NCBI GenBank assembly: GCA_003567075.1
Contig: PXAU01000126.1
Location: 1-40,464 of the forward strand
Direction: 5' to 3'
DNA length: 40,464 bases
From: Trueperaceae bacterium
GTDB lineage: Bacteria > Deinococcota > Deinococci > Deinococcales > Trueperaceae
The position numbers and the translations under genes are program-made. This document shows, one piece after another, positions 11,296 to 19,580 of this stretch. The notes under the pieces are model-generated. The model saw only the letters and a program-made list of their open reading frames with translations, ran no database searches and was not told the origin of the DNA. Position 1 is the stretch's first letter. Each line of letters opens with the position of its first letter.

Positions 11296-12365
11296 GCGCT
11301 ACCTACCAGAGCGCTGGACCGCTCGGCGCGCCGTTCGTCGGCGGCCAGCAGCTGGCGCGCCAGCCGCTGGTCGACGGCGGCGACGGGATGCTCGCCGCCA
11401 CCTTCGGCGACGCGCGACAGCGGCACCCAGACGACCTCGGCCGGAACGCGCTCGGCCCGCACCAGCAGCGGGCGAACCTGCAGGTTGCGGTGGCTGAGCC
11501 CATGCTCGAAGCCGGCCAGCGGCCGCCCGACCGGGTTCGCGTCGTTGGCCTGCGGGAAGCCCCACAAGCCGGCCCAGCGACCGTGTCCGGGCCGGCGCGC
11601 CAGCGCCACTGCCGCGCCCCGGCGCGCCACCAGCAACCGCAGCTGCTCGCGGCGGGGTGGGCGTCGCCGGCGAGGGGCGGGGAAGGCCTCGGGTTCGCCG
11701 CTGGCGGCTGCGTGGCACGCGCGGCGCAGGGGGCAGGCATGGCAGGCTGGTCGCCGAGGCGTGCAGCACGTGGCGCCCAGCTCGATGAGCGCCTCGGTCA
11801 TGTGGTCGGGCAAGCGGTCGGCGTGTCGGCTGTCGGAGGCATCGCCCCACAGCAGCGTCGCGAGCCCCGCTTCGATGACGCGGTCCTCCGGCTGCGCCAG
11901 CCCCAGCAGCCTGGCGCCGAGGCGCCGCACGTTGGCGTCCACGGCGACATGCGCCTGACCGAACGCCTGCGCGGCGATCGCCCGGGCCGTGTAGCGCCCG
12001 ACGCCCGGCAACGCCTCGAGCGCGGCCAGGTCGTCCGGTAGCGTGCCGCCGTGGTCGCGCACGAGCACCTGCGCGCAGCGGTGCAGGCGCAGTGCGCGCT
12101 GGTAGTACCCCAGGCCCTGCCACTGGGCCAGCACCTCGTGGTCGCGCGCGGCGGCTAGCGCCGTGGGGTCCGGGAAACGCGCCAGGAAGCGCGGGAAGGC
12201 CTCACCAGCTCGGGCCGCCTGGGTCTGCTGCAGCAGCGTCTCGGCCACCAGCACGCGGTACGGGTCGCGGGCTCCTGGCGTCCGCCAGGGGAGCGGGCGC
12301 GCGTGGGCATCGAACCAGGACAGCAGCCGTTCTCGCACGGCCGCAGTGTACCGGCGCAACACCAC
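11292..12365 (-). CDS. mutY: A/G-specific adenine DNA glycosylase MutY
   Basis: LPWR...[16 protein letters not shown], HhH-GPD ([12 protein letters not shown]), Fe-S cluster loop [17 protein letters not shown] and a C-terminal Nudix-like domain. Start GTG 12365 or 12362; the upstream 200 codons of the track ORF carry no homology. Confidence 0.85.
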
Positions 12366-12372
12366 GGCACGG

Positions 12373-12381
12373 TGGTATCCT
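12373..12381 (+). promoter_or_regulatory. Candidate extended -10 promoter (TGgTATCCT) 11 nt before ATG 12393
   Basis: The sequence reads GGTGGTATCCTgccggtctcgcATG. This implies a very short leader or none. Confidence 0.3.
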
Positions 12382-12392
12382 GCCGGTCTCGC

Positions 12393-13100
12393 ATGGCACC
12401 CCGACCTTCCTCGTCCGCCGCCGCGCACGCGGCCACGATGCTCGCCCGTGGCCAAGGCGCACCACCGGTGGCGACGCACGCCTCGCGCTTCAAGGTGTAC
12501 GCCAACCCGCAGGAACGGGTGCTGCTGCCAAGGCTGGACGTCGGCCAGCACGGCGACGTGTGGGACGCGCTGGCGGGTGCGCGCGGCGAGCCGGCCGAGG
12601 GCGGCTCGTTGCAGCAGGCCGAGTTGGCTCGGGTGCTGTGGGCGACGGCGGGGTTGGTCGACGGGCGTCAGCGCACGCATCTCGTCCCCGGCGACATGTC
12701 GGGCTTGGAAGCCTACGTGCTGGTCCACGCGGTGCGCGAACTGAGTCCCGGGCGCTACCACTACGACGCGCGTGAGCACGCGCTGGAGCAGCTCGCGCTC
12801 GGCGACGTGCGGCACGACCTGACGCAGGTGCTGCTGGGGGAAGGCGATCTGGAGGCGTACGCGGCGACGGTGGTGCTGACGGGTGTGCCGACTCGGCTGG
12901 TGGCGGTCCACGGCCCTCGGGTGTACCGGTTGCTGGCGTTGGAGGCCGGCGCTGCGACGCAAGCGGCGGTCGTGGCGGCGACGGCCATGGCGTTCACGGG
13001 TTGTTTGGTGGCGAACTTCTACGATTCCGAGCTGGCGGCGTTGCTCGAGCTCGACGCCGGCCTCGAACCACCGTTGGCGGTGGTGCTGCTCGGCCGATGA
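12393..13100 (+). CDS. Nitroreductase-superfamily protein, SagB/ThcOx-like, with degenerate cofactor motifs
   Basis: ...LARVLWATAGL...SGLEAYVLV...LSPGRYHYDAREHAL...VYRLLALEAGAATQA...GCLVANFYDSELAALLELD...PLAVVLLG resembles SagB-type dehydrogenase domains as I remember them. The stop overlaps the next start (ATGA). Confidence 0.5.
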   Translation: MAPRPSSSAAAHAATMLARGQGAPPVATHASRFKVYANPQERVLLPRLDVGQHGDVWDALAGARGEPAEGGSLQQAELARVLWATAGLVDGRQRTHLVPGDMSGLEAYVLVHAVRELSPGRYHYDAREHALEQLALGDVRHDLTQVLLGEGDLEAYAATVVLTGVPTRLVAVHGPRVYRLLALEAGAATQAAVVAATAMAFTGCLVANFYDSELAALLELDAGLEPPLAVVLLGR

Positions 13101-14131
13101 GACTGGGGCGGGACGACGCCTGCGCGCACGGCGGGTACCGGCTCGCGCTCGTCGAGGGGGGCGGCCTCGTCGGCGGGGAGTTCCTGCGCTTGGCGCTCGG
13201 CCACCCGTGCTTGCGGGTCACCCAGGTGACGAGCCGCGCCCACGCCGGCCAGTCGGTGGCCGCGCAGCACCCCAACCTGTGGCGCGTCAGCGACCTCCGT
13301 TTCGCGGCCGAGGCCGACCTCGATGGCGTCGATGTGCTGGTGTACGCCGGATCGAGCGACGAGGTGGCGGCATCGGCGGCGCGATCTGGGCCGTCGCTGC
13401 GCTGCCTGCTGGACCTGTCGGGCGCGTTCCGGTTCGTGGGCGGCGCGCGCTCCGAGCGCACGAGCGGCAGCGAGCGGTCGGGCCCCGAGGCGGTCGCTCG
13501 CTTCGCCTACGCGCTGCCCGAGCGCGAGCGCGCGCGGTTGCGCGGCGCGGCGCGGTTGCGCCTGCCGGGCCCAGTGGCCACGGCCGTGGTGCTGGCGCTG
13601 GCACCGCTGCTGCACGGCGTCGTCGTCGCGCGCCGCGACGTGGTGGTGGAGGCGAGGCTCGGCAGCAGCGCCGCAGCGCCCGGCGCTGGCGACGGCGTCA
13701 CGTTCCCGAGCGGGCATCCGGACGCGCTCGAGATCGCAGAAGTGCTCCCTGGCGGCCTCCGGGTGCACCTGTCGACGGCGGCCAGCGGCCGCGTGCGCGG
13801 CGTGGGCGTCTCCGCGCACGCGTGGCTGCACGACGGCAGCAGCGAAGGCGACGTGCGCGCGGCCTTCGAGGCGGCCTACGCCGACGAACCCTTCGTGCGG
13901 TTGATCGATCGTCGCGCTGGCTCGCGCCGCGTCCCCGACCCGCGCCTGCTGGACGGCACCAACTGGTGCGACATCGGCTGGAGACTCGATCCCGAATCGG
14001 GCCGGGTGGTCGTCCTCGCTGCGCTCGACAACCTGGGCAAGGGCTCGGCGGGGCAGGGCCTGCAGGCGCTGAACGTGGCGTTGGGCCTCGACGAGCGCGC
14101 CGGCCTCGGCTTCGTTGGTCTGCACCCGTGA
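13097..14131 (+). CDS. ArgC/LysY-like (N-acetyl-gamma-glutamyl-phosphate reductase family) protein lacking the catalytic cysteine
   Basis: The C-terminus DNLGKGSAGQGLQALNVALGLDERAGL and the N-terminus GGGLVGGEFLRLALGHP match ArgC/LysY. The expected PGCYPT motif reads PGPVATA, with CCA at 13571..13573 where Cys is expected. Confidence 0.65.
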   Translation: MRLGRDDACAHGGYRLALVEGGGLVGGEFLRLALGHPCLRVTQVTSRAHAGQSVAAQHPNLWRVSDLRFAAEADLDGVDVLVYAGSSDEVAASAARSGPSLRCLLDLSGAFRFVGGARSERTSGSERSGPEAVARFAYALPERERARLRGAARLRLPGPVATAVVLALAPLLHGVVVARRDVVVEARLGSSAAAPGAGDGVTFPSGHPDALEIAEVLPGGLRVHLSTAASGRVRGVGVSAHAWLHDGSSEGDVRAAFEAAYADEPFVRLIDRRAGSRRVPDPRLLDGTNWCDIGWRLDPESGRVVVLAALDNLGKGSAGQGLQALNVALGLDERAGLGFVGLHP

Positions 14132-14223
14132 CGGCGCGCATCGCGCCGTCCGCGCGGTACCGTCGGGTCCTGACGCAGCGTCGCAGCGTCCAACGCCAGC
14201 ACGATCAGCGAGAGGAGCACCGC

Positions 14224-15423
14224 ATGCCCGTTGACATCGCTTCCGACGTTCCAGGCAATCAGACCCTGCTGACGCGCGAGGCGCGGCACGGACCTGGCCT
14301 GTGGCAGGCGGACGTGGCGTTCGTCCGCGGCGAGGGCGTGCGCCTCTGGGACGCCGACGGCCGCGAGTACCTCGACTGCATGGCCGGCATCGCGGTGGCG
14401 AGCCTCGGCCACGCGCACCCACGCCTCACGGCTGCCCTGACGGCGCAGGCGCAGCGCTTGATCGTGTGCCCGCAGAACCTCTGCAACGACGTCCGAGTCG
14501 CGTTCCTGGAAGCGCTCGTGGCCCGCATGCCAGTGGGGTTAGGGCGCGTCTTCCTGTGCAACTCCGGGGCCGAGGCGAACGAGGCCGCGCTCAAGTGGGC
14601 GCGCGTCGCGACGGGACGCCGCCGCGTGGTGGCTGCCACGCGAGGCTTCGCGGGCCGCACGATCGGTGCCCTGTCGCTCACCTGGGAGCCAGCCTACCGA
14701 GCCCCGTTCGAGCCCTTGCCGTACCCGGTCGACTTCGTGCCCTTCAACGACCAGGCCGCGCTGGAGGCGGCCGTCGACGACGAGACGGCAGTCGTCTGGC
14801 TGGAACCGATCCAGGGCGAGGGGGGCGTCCACGTCGCCGATCCCGGCTACCTCCGGCATGCGCGCGACGTGGCCGACCAGCACGGTGCCGTGCTGGCGAT
14901 CGACGAGATCCAGACCGGGGTGGCCCGCACGGGACGCTTCCTGGCCCTCGAGCACGCGGGCGTGGTGCCCGACATGGTGACGCTCGCGAAGGGCTTGGCA
15001 GGAGGCGTACCGATCGGTGCGCTGGTGATGACGGAGGAGGTGGCGGCGGCCATGCCGAAGGGCGGACACGGCACCACCTTCGGCGGGAACCCGCTCGCCG
15101 CCGCCGCTGGTCTGGCCGTGCTGGAGGAGATCGAGGCTTCCGGCCTGATCGAGCACGCGGAGCGCATGGGCGCGCGCCTGCGGGCCGGCTTGGAGGGGTT
15201 GGTGGGGAGGCGGGTGCGCGGCGTGCGGGGTCTCGGCCTCATGCTCGGTCTGGTGTTCGACGAGCCGGTCGCCCCGATCGTCGAAGCCTTGCGCGAAGCC
15301 GGTTTGCTCGTCGTCAACGCCGGAAGCCACGTGGTCCGCTTCGTGCCACCGCTGGTGATCGGTCCGGCCGACGTCGACGAGGTGATCGCCCGCGTGGAGC
15401 GGGCGCTGACGGACGCCTCGTAG
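14224..15423 (+). CDS. argD: Class-III PLP aminotransferase, acetylornithine (ArgD) / LysJ type
   Basis: MPVDIASD...; NSGAEANEAALK, DEIQTGVARTG, PLP-lysine context TLAKGLAGGVPIG, TFGGNPLA. GAGAGGAG SD. The track ORF (846 aa) includes an out-of-gene upstream open frame. Confidence 0.85.
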   Translation: MPVDIASDVPGNQTLLTREARHGPGLWQADVAFVRGEGVRLWDADGREYLDCMAGIAVASLGHAHPRLTAALTAQAQRLIVCPQNLCNDVRVAFLEALVARMPVGLGRVFLCNSGAEANEAALKWARVATGRRRVVAATRGFAGRTIGALSLTWEPAYRAPFEPLPYPVDFVPFNDQAALEAAVDDETAVVWLEPIQGEGGVHVADPGYLRHARDVADQHGAVLAIDEIQTGVARTGRFLALEHAGVVPDMVTLAKGLAGGVPIGALVMTEEVAAAMPKGGHGTTFGGNPLAAAAGLAVLEEIEASGLIEHAERMGARLRAGLEGLVGRRVRGVRGLGLMLGLVFDEPVAPIVEALREAGLLVVNAGSHVVRFVPPLVIGPADVDEVIARVERALTDAS

Positions 15424-15441
15424 GGCGGGTGCTGGCGAAGG

Positions 15442-15491
15442 CGCCTGCCCGAGCGAGCGGCGCTCTCGGAGGGCGCTCGCTCGGGCAGGCG
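15442..15491. terminator. 18-bp perfect inverted repeat hairpin between convergent genes
   Basis: cgcctgcccgagcgagcg (15442..15459) pairs with cgctcgctcgggcaggcg (15474..15491) across a 14-nt loop. No U-tract. Confidence 0.45.
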
Positions 15492-15504
15492 ATCGAATCG
15501 TGGT

Positions 15505-15532
15505 GCGGGCGCCAGCCGAGACTGGCGCCCGC
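15505..15532. terminator. 11-bp stem hairpin (gcgggcgccag / ctggcgcccgc), second element of a bidirectional terminator region
   Basis: Arms at 15505..15515 and 15522..15532 with a 6-nt loop. It lies immediately 3' of the ferredoxin stop. Confidence 0.45.
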
Positions 15533-15537
15533 GTTGG

Positions 15538-15774
15538 TCACACGCCTGAGAGGTCGTAGTTCTTGCGAATGAACGGCTCCCAAGCGGCGGGGACGTCCTC
15601 CTCCGGGAAGATCGCGGTGACGGGGCACGCCGGCACGCAGGCCCCGCAATCGATGCACTCCTCGGGATGGATGTAGAACTGGTCGTCGGCCTCGTAGATG
15701 CACTCGACCGGACAAACGTCGACGCAAGCCTGGTCCTTCGTACCGATGCACGGCTCGCAGATGATGTGCGGCAC
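15538..15774 (-). CDS. fdxA: 7Fe ferredoxin (3Fe-4S + 4Fe-4S), FdxA type
   Basis: (V)PHIICEPCIGTKDQACVDVCPVECIY...YIHPEECIDCGACVPACPVTAIF. GTG 15774 is preceded by GGAAGGAGAA with 5-nt spacing. The upstream ATGs of the track ORF fall inside the predicted -10 box. Confidence 0.85.
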   Translation of the reverse strand: MPHIICEPCIGTKDQACVDVCPVECIYEADDQFYIHPEECIDCGACVPACPVTAIFPEEDVPAAWEPFIRKNYDLSGV

Positions 15775-15817
15775 AGGTTCTCCTTCCACGGCCGCGGCCC
15801 CCGGCGCGACGTCGGTC

Positions 15818-15846
15818 ATCATGTCCGAGCGCCGCGGGCCGGTCAA
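15818..15846 (-). promoter_or_regulatory. Candidate sigma-70-type promoter for ferredoxin: TTGACC-17 nt-CATGAT
   Basis: On the minus strand the -35 is at 15846..15841 and the -10 at 15823..15818, with a 17-nt spacer counted by hand. Confidence 0.45.
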
Positions 15847-15940
15847 GGCCTGGTGGACGTTGCGGCGGCCACGTTCAGAACGGCACTGCCCAGCCATCGC
15901 GGTGCGAGCTACCTCACGTCGCGAGCCGTGTGGAAATCGC

Positions 15941-15946
15941 TACACT
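15941..15946 (+). promoter_or_regulatory. Candidate -10 box (TACACT) 6 nt before GTG 15953 (leaderless orphan gene)
   Basis: The sequence is TACACT-gcgacc-GTG with no SD. The same hexamer is used in the fprA candidate promoter. Confidence 0.3.
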
Positions 15947-15952
15947 GCGACC

Positions 15953-17851
15953 GTGTCGGACCTACCGCGCATTGCGCTGGAACTCCTCGAGTACAAGCTC
16001 GACGCGCTGGTCGCGCGCCGCCAGATCAAGGGTGGCGTGGCGTCGTTGTGGCACCTTCACGGCGTCATCGAGCGCGGGCTGGGCGAGCTGGCCGTCGAGG
16101 AGCGCGAGCATTTCGGCGACCTGGCGCGGCGGCTGCGCTCGGTGGCGGAGTTGCCCACGCGCGGCACGGGCAGGCGCGAGCGCCTGGACGACCTGCGCTT
16201 GGACGACCAGCGCTCGGACGGTGACGGCGTGGTCCTCGACGTGGACGTCGCCACCGAGGTGGTCGAGGACGCCGTGCTGCGCCAGGAGCGGGTGCAGCTG
16301 AAGGCGCTCGCCGATCGCGTCTGGTGGGAGGAACTCGAGGAGGTCGTGCGCGGCCTGGCGGCCGCGTGGCGCGCGGAGCGCGACCGGTTGACGCCGCGTC
16401 TCGTCTACGCCACGCTGCGCAACCTCCAGCGCTACGCCAACGAGCCCGGCTTCTCGCACGACACGGCGTTGCAGAAGTTCAAGGTGAAGGAGCCGTTGCC
16501 CGAGCGCGAGGACCCGTTGATCTCGCTCTCGGACGTCGACAGCCTGGGTGAACTGGCGCGCGAGATGATCGACCTGATCATGAGCCTGGGGCAGAACCGC
16601 GGAGCGCTGGCGCGCCTCGAGGTGGCGGAGGCCGGCGCTCTGGAGTACGTCCGACAGGCGCTCCAGGCTGTGGCGAAGGATCCTTACGCCGGCCGTTTCT
16701 CGTCGCTCGTCCGCAAGGGCCCAAGCAGTAGCGCGTTGCGCACCGCGCTCCAGGAGCTCGCCAAGGAGCGCTTACCCGAGGCCCAGAAGGCGATCGTGCG
16801 ACGCGACCTGGATGCCCGCTTGGCCGAGACCTTGGCGTTCGAGCGGAACCAGCGCGAGATGTTCCAGCGCGACGTGGAACGCTGCCTCGAGCACGCCCAA
16901 GCGCTCGTGGAGCGGTTGGAACGCCACCTGCCGGCGCGTGTCGGAGGACGGGCACCAGGGCCGCGGCTGGCGGGAGGCGTGCTCCTCGCCGCCAACCCGG
17001 CGTTGCGTTGGGAGCGCGTGCCGCCTGGCGCGGAGGCGGTCACGCTGCGGATGGTGGGTCCGGTTCGCTTCACGATCGGTGGCCACGAGGTGGCGCTGAT
17101 GGGCAGCGACGGCACCCGGACGCTCTTCGTCGACGGGGCGTCGCACCCGCTCACTCCGCACCTGGAGGTGCGGGTTGGGCGTGGCAGGCTCTTGGCCGAC
17201 GTCGAGGGCGACTACCTGTACGTTCGCTTCAGGGACGAGGGCGGCTCGCTCGCGACCCGCTTGGCCGAGGCGCTGGCGGCGGCGTTCGTGCTGACGCACG
17301 AGCATGGCGACGACCTGCTGGCGGTGGTGCGCGACGTGGCGGGCGCGCGAGCCGCGGTGCCGCACGAGACGGTACGGCGCGCCATCGGACGGGCCGGCGA
17401 GATCACCAGCCGCGCGCCACAGCGCCGCGCGGCGGTTGAGGGCCTGTTGCGAGGCGCTGCCCGCGCCGCGAACGTGAGCCTGCCCGACAACCTGGTGCTG
17501 AGCCTCACCGAGCGCTTCATGACCGCGCTGACGGTCGAGAGCGACGATCTGCTCGGTCTGCTCGAACGTGAGGAAGGCGCCGTCGGTGACGTCCACGCCA
17601 TCACCGGCGAGCCGCTGACGGTCGAGTTGGGGGGCCAGAAGCTCACGGTGCGCGCCTACCCGGGGCGACAGCGCGACCTGCCCGAACAGCTCGTGGTGAT
17701 GCTTCCGGGGCACTTGATCGGTTCGTTCAGCGACGTACTGGTCGAACAGGTCGGGGACAGCACGCTGGTCTGCGCGCGGGCCGAGCAGGAGGTCGTGATG
17801 CTCCAGTTGAAGGGTCGCCCGCTCACGGTCGCCTCGGCGCAGCGGAGGTAG
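15953..17851 (+). CDS. Hypothetical protein, 632 aa, no domain recognised
   Basis: High GC3 coding frame with no TM segment or signal peptide. The N-terminal half is Leu/Glu/Arg-rich and helical-looking; a central segment looks beta-rich (VTLRMVGPVRFTIGGHEVALMG...). The start is inferred from the -10 geometry. The track ORF start at 15698 overlaps the ferredoxin gene. Confidence 0.6.
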   Translation: MSDLPRIALELLEYKLDALVARRQIKGGVASLWHLHGVIERGLGELAVEEREHFGDLARRLRSVAELPTRGTGRRERLDDLRLDDQRSDGDGVVLDVDVATEVVEDAVLRQERVQLKALADRVWWEELEEVVRGLAAAWRAERDRLTPRLVYATLRNLQRYANEPGFSHDTALQKFKVKEPLPEREDPLISLSDVDSLGELAREMIDLIMSLGQNRGALARLEVAEAGALEYVRQALQAVAKDPYAGRFSSLVRKGPSSSALRTALQELAKERLPEAQKAIVRRDLDARLAETLAFERNQREMFQRDVERCLEHAQALVERLERHLPARVGGRAPGPRLAGGVLLAANPALRWERVPPGAEAVTLRMVGPVRFTIGGHEVALMGSDGTRTLFVDGASHPLTPHLEVRVGRGRLLADVEGDYLYVRFRDEGGSLATRLAEALAAAFVLTHEHGDDLLAVVRDVAGARAAVPHETVRRAIGRAGEITSRAPQRRAAVEGLLRGAARAANVSLPDNLVLSLTERFMTALTVESDDLLGLLEREEGAVGDVHAITGEPLTVELGGQKLTVRAYPGRQRDLPEQLVVMLPGHLIGSFSDVLVEQVGDSTLVCARAEQEVVMLQLKGRPLTVASAQRR

Positions 17852-17878
17852 GCTGAAGCTTCCCGAGGAGGAGACCGC

Positions 17879-18172
17879 ATGCCCGAACCCTTGACCGACA
17901 CGCAGCTCGAGCAGGCCTTGGCACGTTTGGAGCGTTGGCGCCTCGACGACGGGGCGTTGCGGAGGGACCTGCGCTTCCCGAGCTTCGTCGAGGCCTTCGC
18001 CTTCCTCAGCGCCGTGGCGCTGCTGGCAGAGCGTCAGGGCCACCATCCCGAGATCGAGAACGTGTACCGCAACGTCACGTTGCGGCTGCGCACGCACGAT
18101 GCCGGCGACCGCGTGAGCCAGATGGATGTCGACTTGGCGCTGGCGATCGACGCCCAGGCGGGCAACCACTGA
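17879..18172 (+). CDS. phhB: Pterin-4a-carbinolamine dehydratase (PCD/DCoH family)
   Basis: 97 aa; ...FVEAFAFLSAVALLAERQGHHPEIENVYRNVTLRLRTHDAGDRVSQMDVDLA is the PCD signature. GAGGAGGAG SD. Confidence 0.85.
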   Translation: MPEPLTDTQLEQALARLERWRLDDGALRRDLRFPSFVEAFAFLSAVALLAERQGHHPEIENVYRNVTLRLRTHDAGDRVSQMDVDLALAIDAQAGNH

Positions 18173-18186
18173 GGTGTGACGTGTCC

Positions 18187-18219
18187 GCGGTGGCCACGGC
18201 GCGCGCTGATGGCCACCGC
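18187..18219. terminator. 10-bp stem hairpin (gcggtggcca / tggccaccgc) between convergent genes
   Basis: Arms at 18187..18196 and 18210..18219 with a 13-nt loop. Confidence 0.4.
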
Positions 18220-18234
18220 AGGCAGGTCTGACCG

Positions 18235-19011
18235 TCAAGGAGCGCTGTCGGAAGCGTTCTGCGGCTCGTCCTGCGCCGCTGCGTCCTCGCCCGACTCGGG
18301 CTCCGGCTCGGTCTCGGGCTCCGGCTCGGTCTCGGGCTCCGGCTCGGTGGTGTCGTCCGGTGCGTCGTCGCCGACGGCGTCCGCGCTCGCCTCGCTGCCG
18401 ATGGGCGCGAAGCGGTAGTGCTCTCGCAGGACGTCGAGATCTCCGTCCCCGACGACCCCGTCGCCGTCGAGATCGGCCGCTAGGTTGATGCCCTGGCGAC
18501 CCCACGCCGACGCCAGTTCCAGCAGATCGTCGAAGCCGACGTTCCCGTCGCCGGTGACGTCGCCGGGCAGCCCGACGCCGGGCGCCAGCGCGGCGGCGTC
18601 GTCCGGGCCCGGACGACGAGGCTCGTCCGCCTCCAGGCGCGGGTCGAGCACACCGACCCCGGGGGTGCCGCCCAGCGCGATGCCTATGGCGATCACGAGC
18701 GCGTCGTCGAGCTGCTCGCCGGCGTCCGCGCGGACCACCAGCTCGAAGTCGACCCCGGGTGGGCCAGCCGTGATGACCAGGCTGATGGCGTCCGGTCCAA
18801 GCAGCGCGGCATCGCCGTAGCGGACGAGCACGGTGCGCTCGACGGCGTCGACGTCCGCGCCGGCGGCACGCCAGGCGTCGACGGCGGCGTCGACGCGAGC
18901 ACCAAGGTCGGCGGGTCCAGCCTCGTCATCGACGCGAACCTCCCACGCCGACGCCGAGCCGAGCAGCAGAAGCGTGGCGATGGCCGTGCGCCAGCGGCGC
19001 CGTACGCTCAT
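18235..19011 (-). CDS. Secreted protein with dockerin-like duplicated Ca-binding repeat and acidic Glu/Pro/Thr tail
   Basis: Signal peptide MSVRRRWRTAIATLLLLGSASA|WE. Two F-hand-like loops, GDVTGDGNVGFDDLLELASAW and ADLDGDGVVGDGDLDVLREHY. Tail TEPEPETEPEPETEPEPE. ATG 19011 overlaps the upstream stop (ATGA). Confidence 0.65.
   Translation of the reverse strand: MSVRRRWRTAIATLLLLGSASAWEVRVDDEAGPADLGARVDAAVDAWRAAGADVDAVERTVLVRYGDAALLGPDAISLVITAGPPGVDFELVVRADAGEQLDDALVIAIGIALGGTPGVGVLDPRLEADEPRRPGPDDAAALAPGVGLPGDVTGDGNVGFDDLLELASAWGRQGINLAADLDGDGVVGDGDLDVLREHYRFAPIGSEASADAVGDDAPDDTTEPEPETEPEPETEPEPESGEDAAAQDEPQNASDSAP
18295..18348. repeat. Perfect 18-bp tandem repeat x3 (ctcgggctccggctcggt)
   Basis: Copies at 18295..18312, 18313..18330 and 18331..18348 are identical. 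They encode the (TEPEPE)n tail on the minus strand. Confidence 0.95.
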
Positions 19012-19580
19012 GGCGTCCCCCGCAGCTCGCGCAGCAGGGTGCGCAGCGCCGGCAACCAGACGATCTCGGGATCGCCATCTCGGGCCAGCTGAACGCGGCC
19101 CGTGGCGTCGATGGCCAGCGCCTGGTCGTCGTCGTCGCGCCACACGCCGTTCGCTTCGCGCCAGAGCCCTTGCGTCACGCCCACCAGGGGCGAGGCGGCG
19201 GTGCTGTCGGCGCCGTAGCTCGCCACCAGCACGCGATCGCCCACGGCGAACACGGGGAAGCCCGCGACCTGCCGCGGCGCCGTGCCGGTGGCGCTGCCGC
19301 CCAGGAAGGCCAGGTCCACGTCGAAAGGTCCCGTCTCCGTCACCGTGCTGTCATACAGCACCCACTCGTCGACGGCGATGGACACGACCGTCCACGGGTC
19401 GTCGTCGCGACGTTCGCTGGACACACTGGTGACGCGGCCGACGAACACGTCGACGGCACGCTCGAGCCGCTCCTCGAAACGCAATGCCTGGAAGGCGGTG
19501 GCGTGGCCAACCCCGATCGCTGCGCAGAGCAGCAGCAGCGCCGCGAACGAGGCCAGCTGGGCCCGCGCTATCGTGCTCAT
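19008..19580 (-). CDS. Secreted or membrane-anchored hypothetical protein, 190 aa
   Basis: N-terminal hydrophobic segment LASFAALLLLCAAIGVGHA; no recognised domain. ATGA overlaps at both ends (19577..19580 and 19008..19011). Confidence 0.6.
   Translation of the reverse strand: MSTIARAQLASFAALLLLCAAIGVGHATAFQALRFEERLERAVDVFVGRVTSVSSERRDDDPWTVVSIAVDEWVLYDSTVTETGPFDVDLAFLGGSATGTAPRQVAGFPVFAVGDRVLVASYGADSTAASPLVGVTQGLWREANGVWRDDDDQALAIDATGRVQLARDGDPEIVWLPALRTLLRELRGTP

Noticed and set aside
15775-15897. Longer ferredoxin starting at ATG 15822 (MMTDV...) or at 15897
   Set aside because: 7Fe ferredoxins begin directly with the P-x-V/I-I-x-E-P-C motif. GTG 15774 has a strong GGAAGGAG SD. The upstream ATGs coincide with the predicted CATGAT -10 box.
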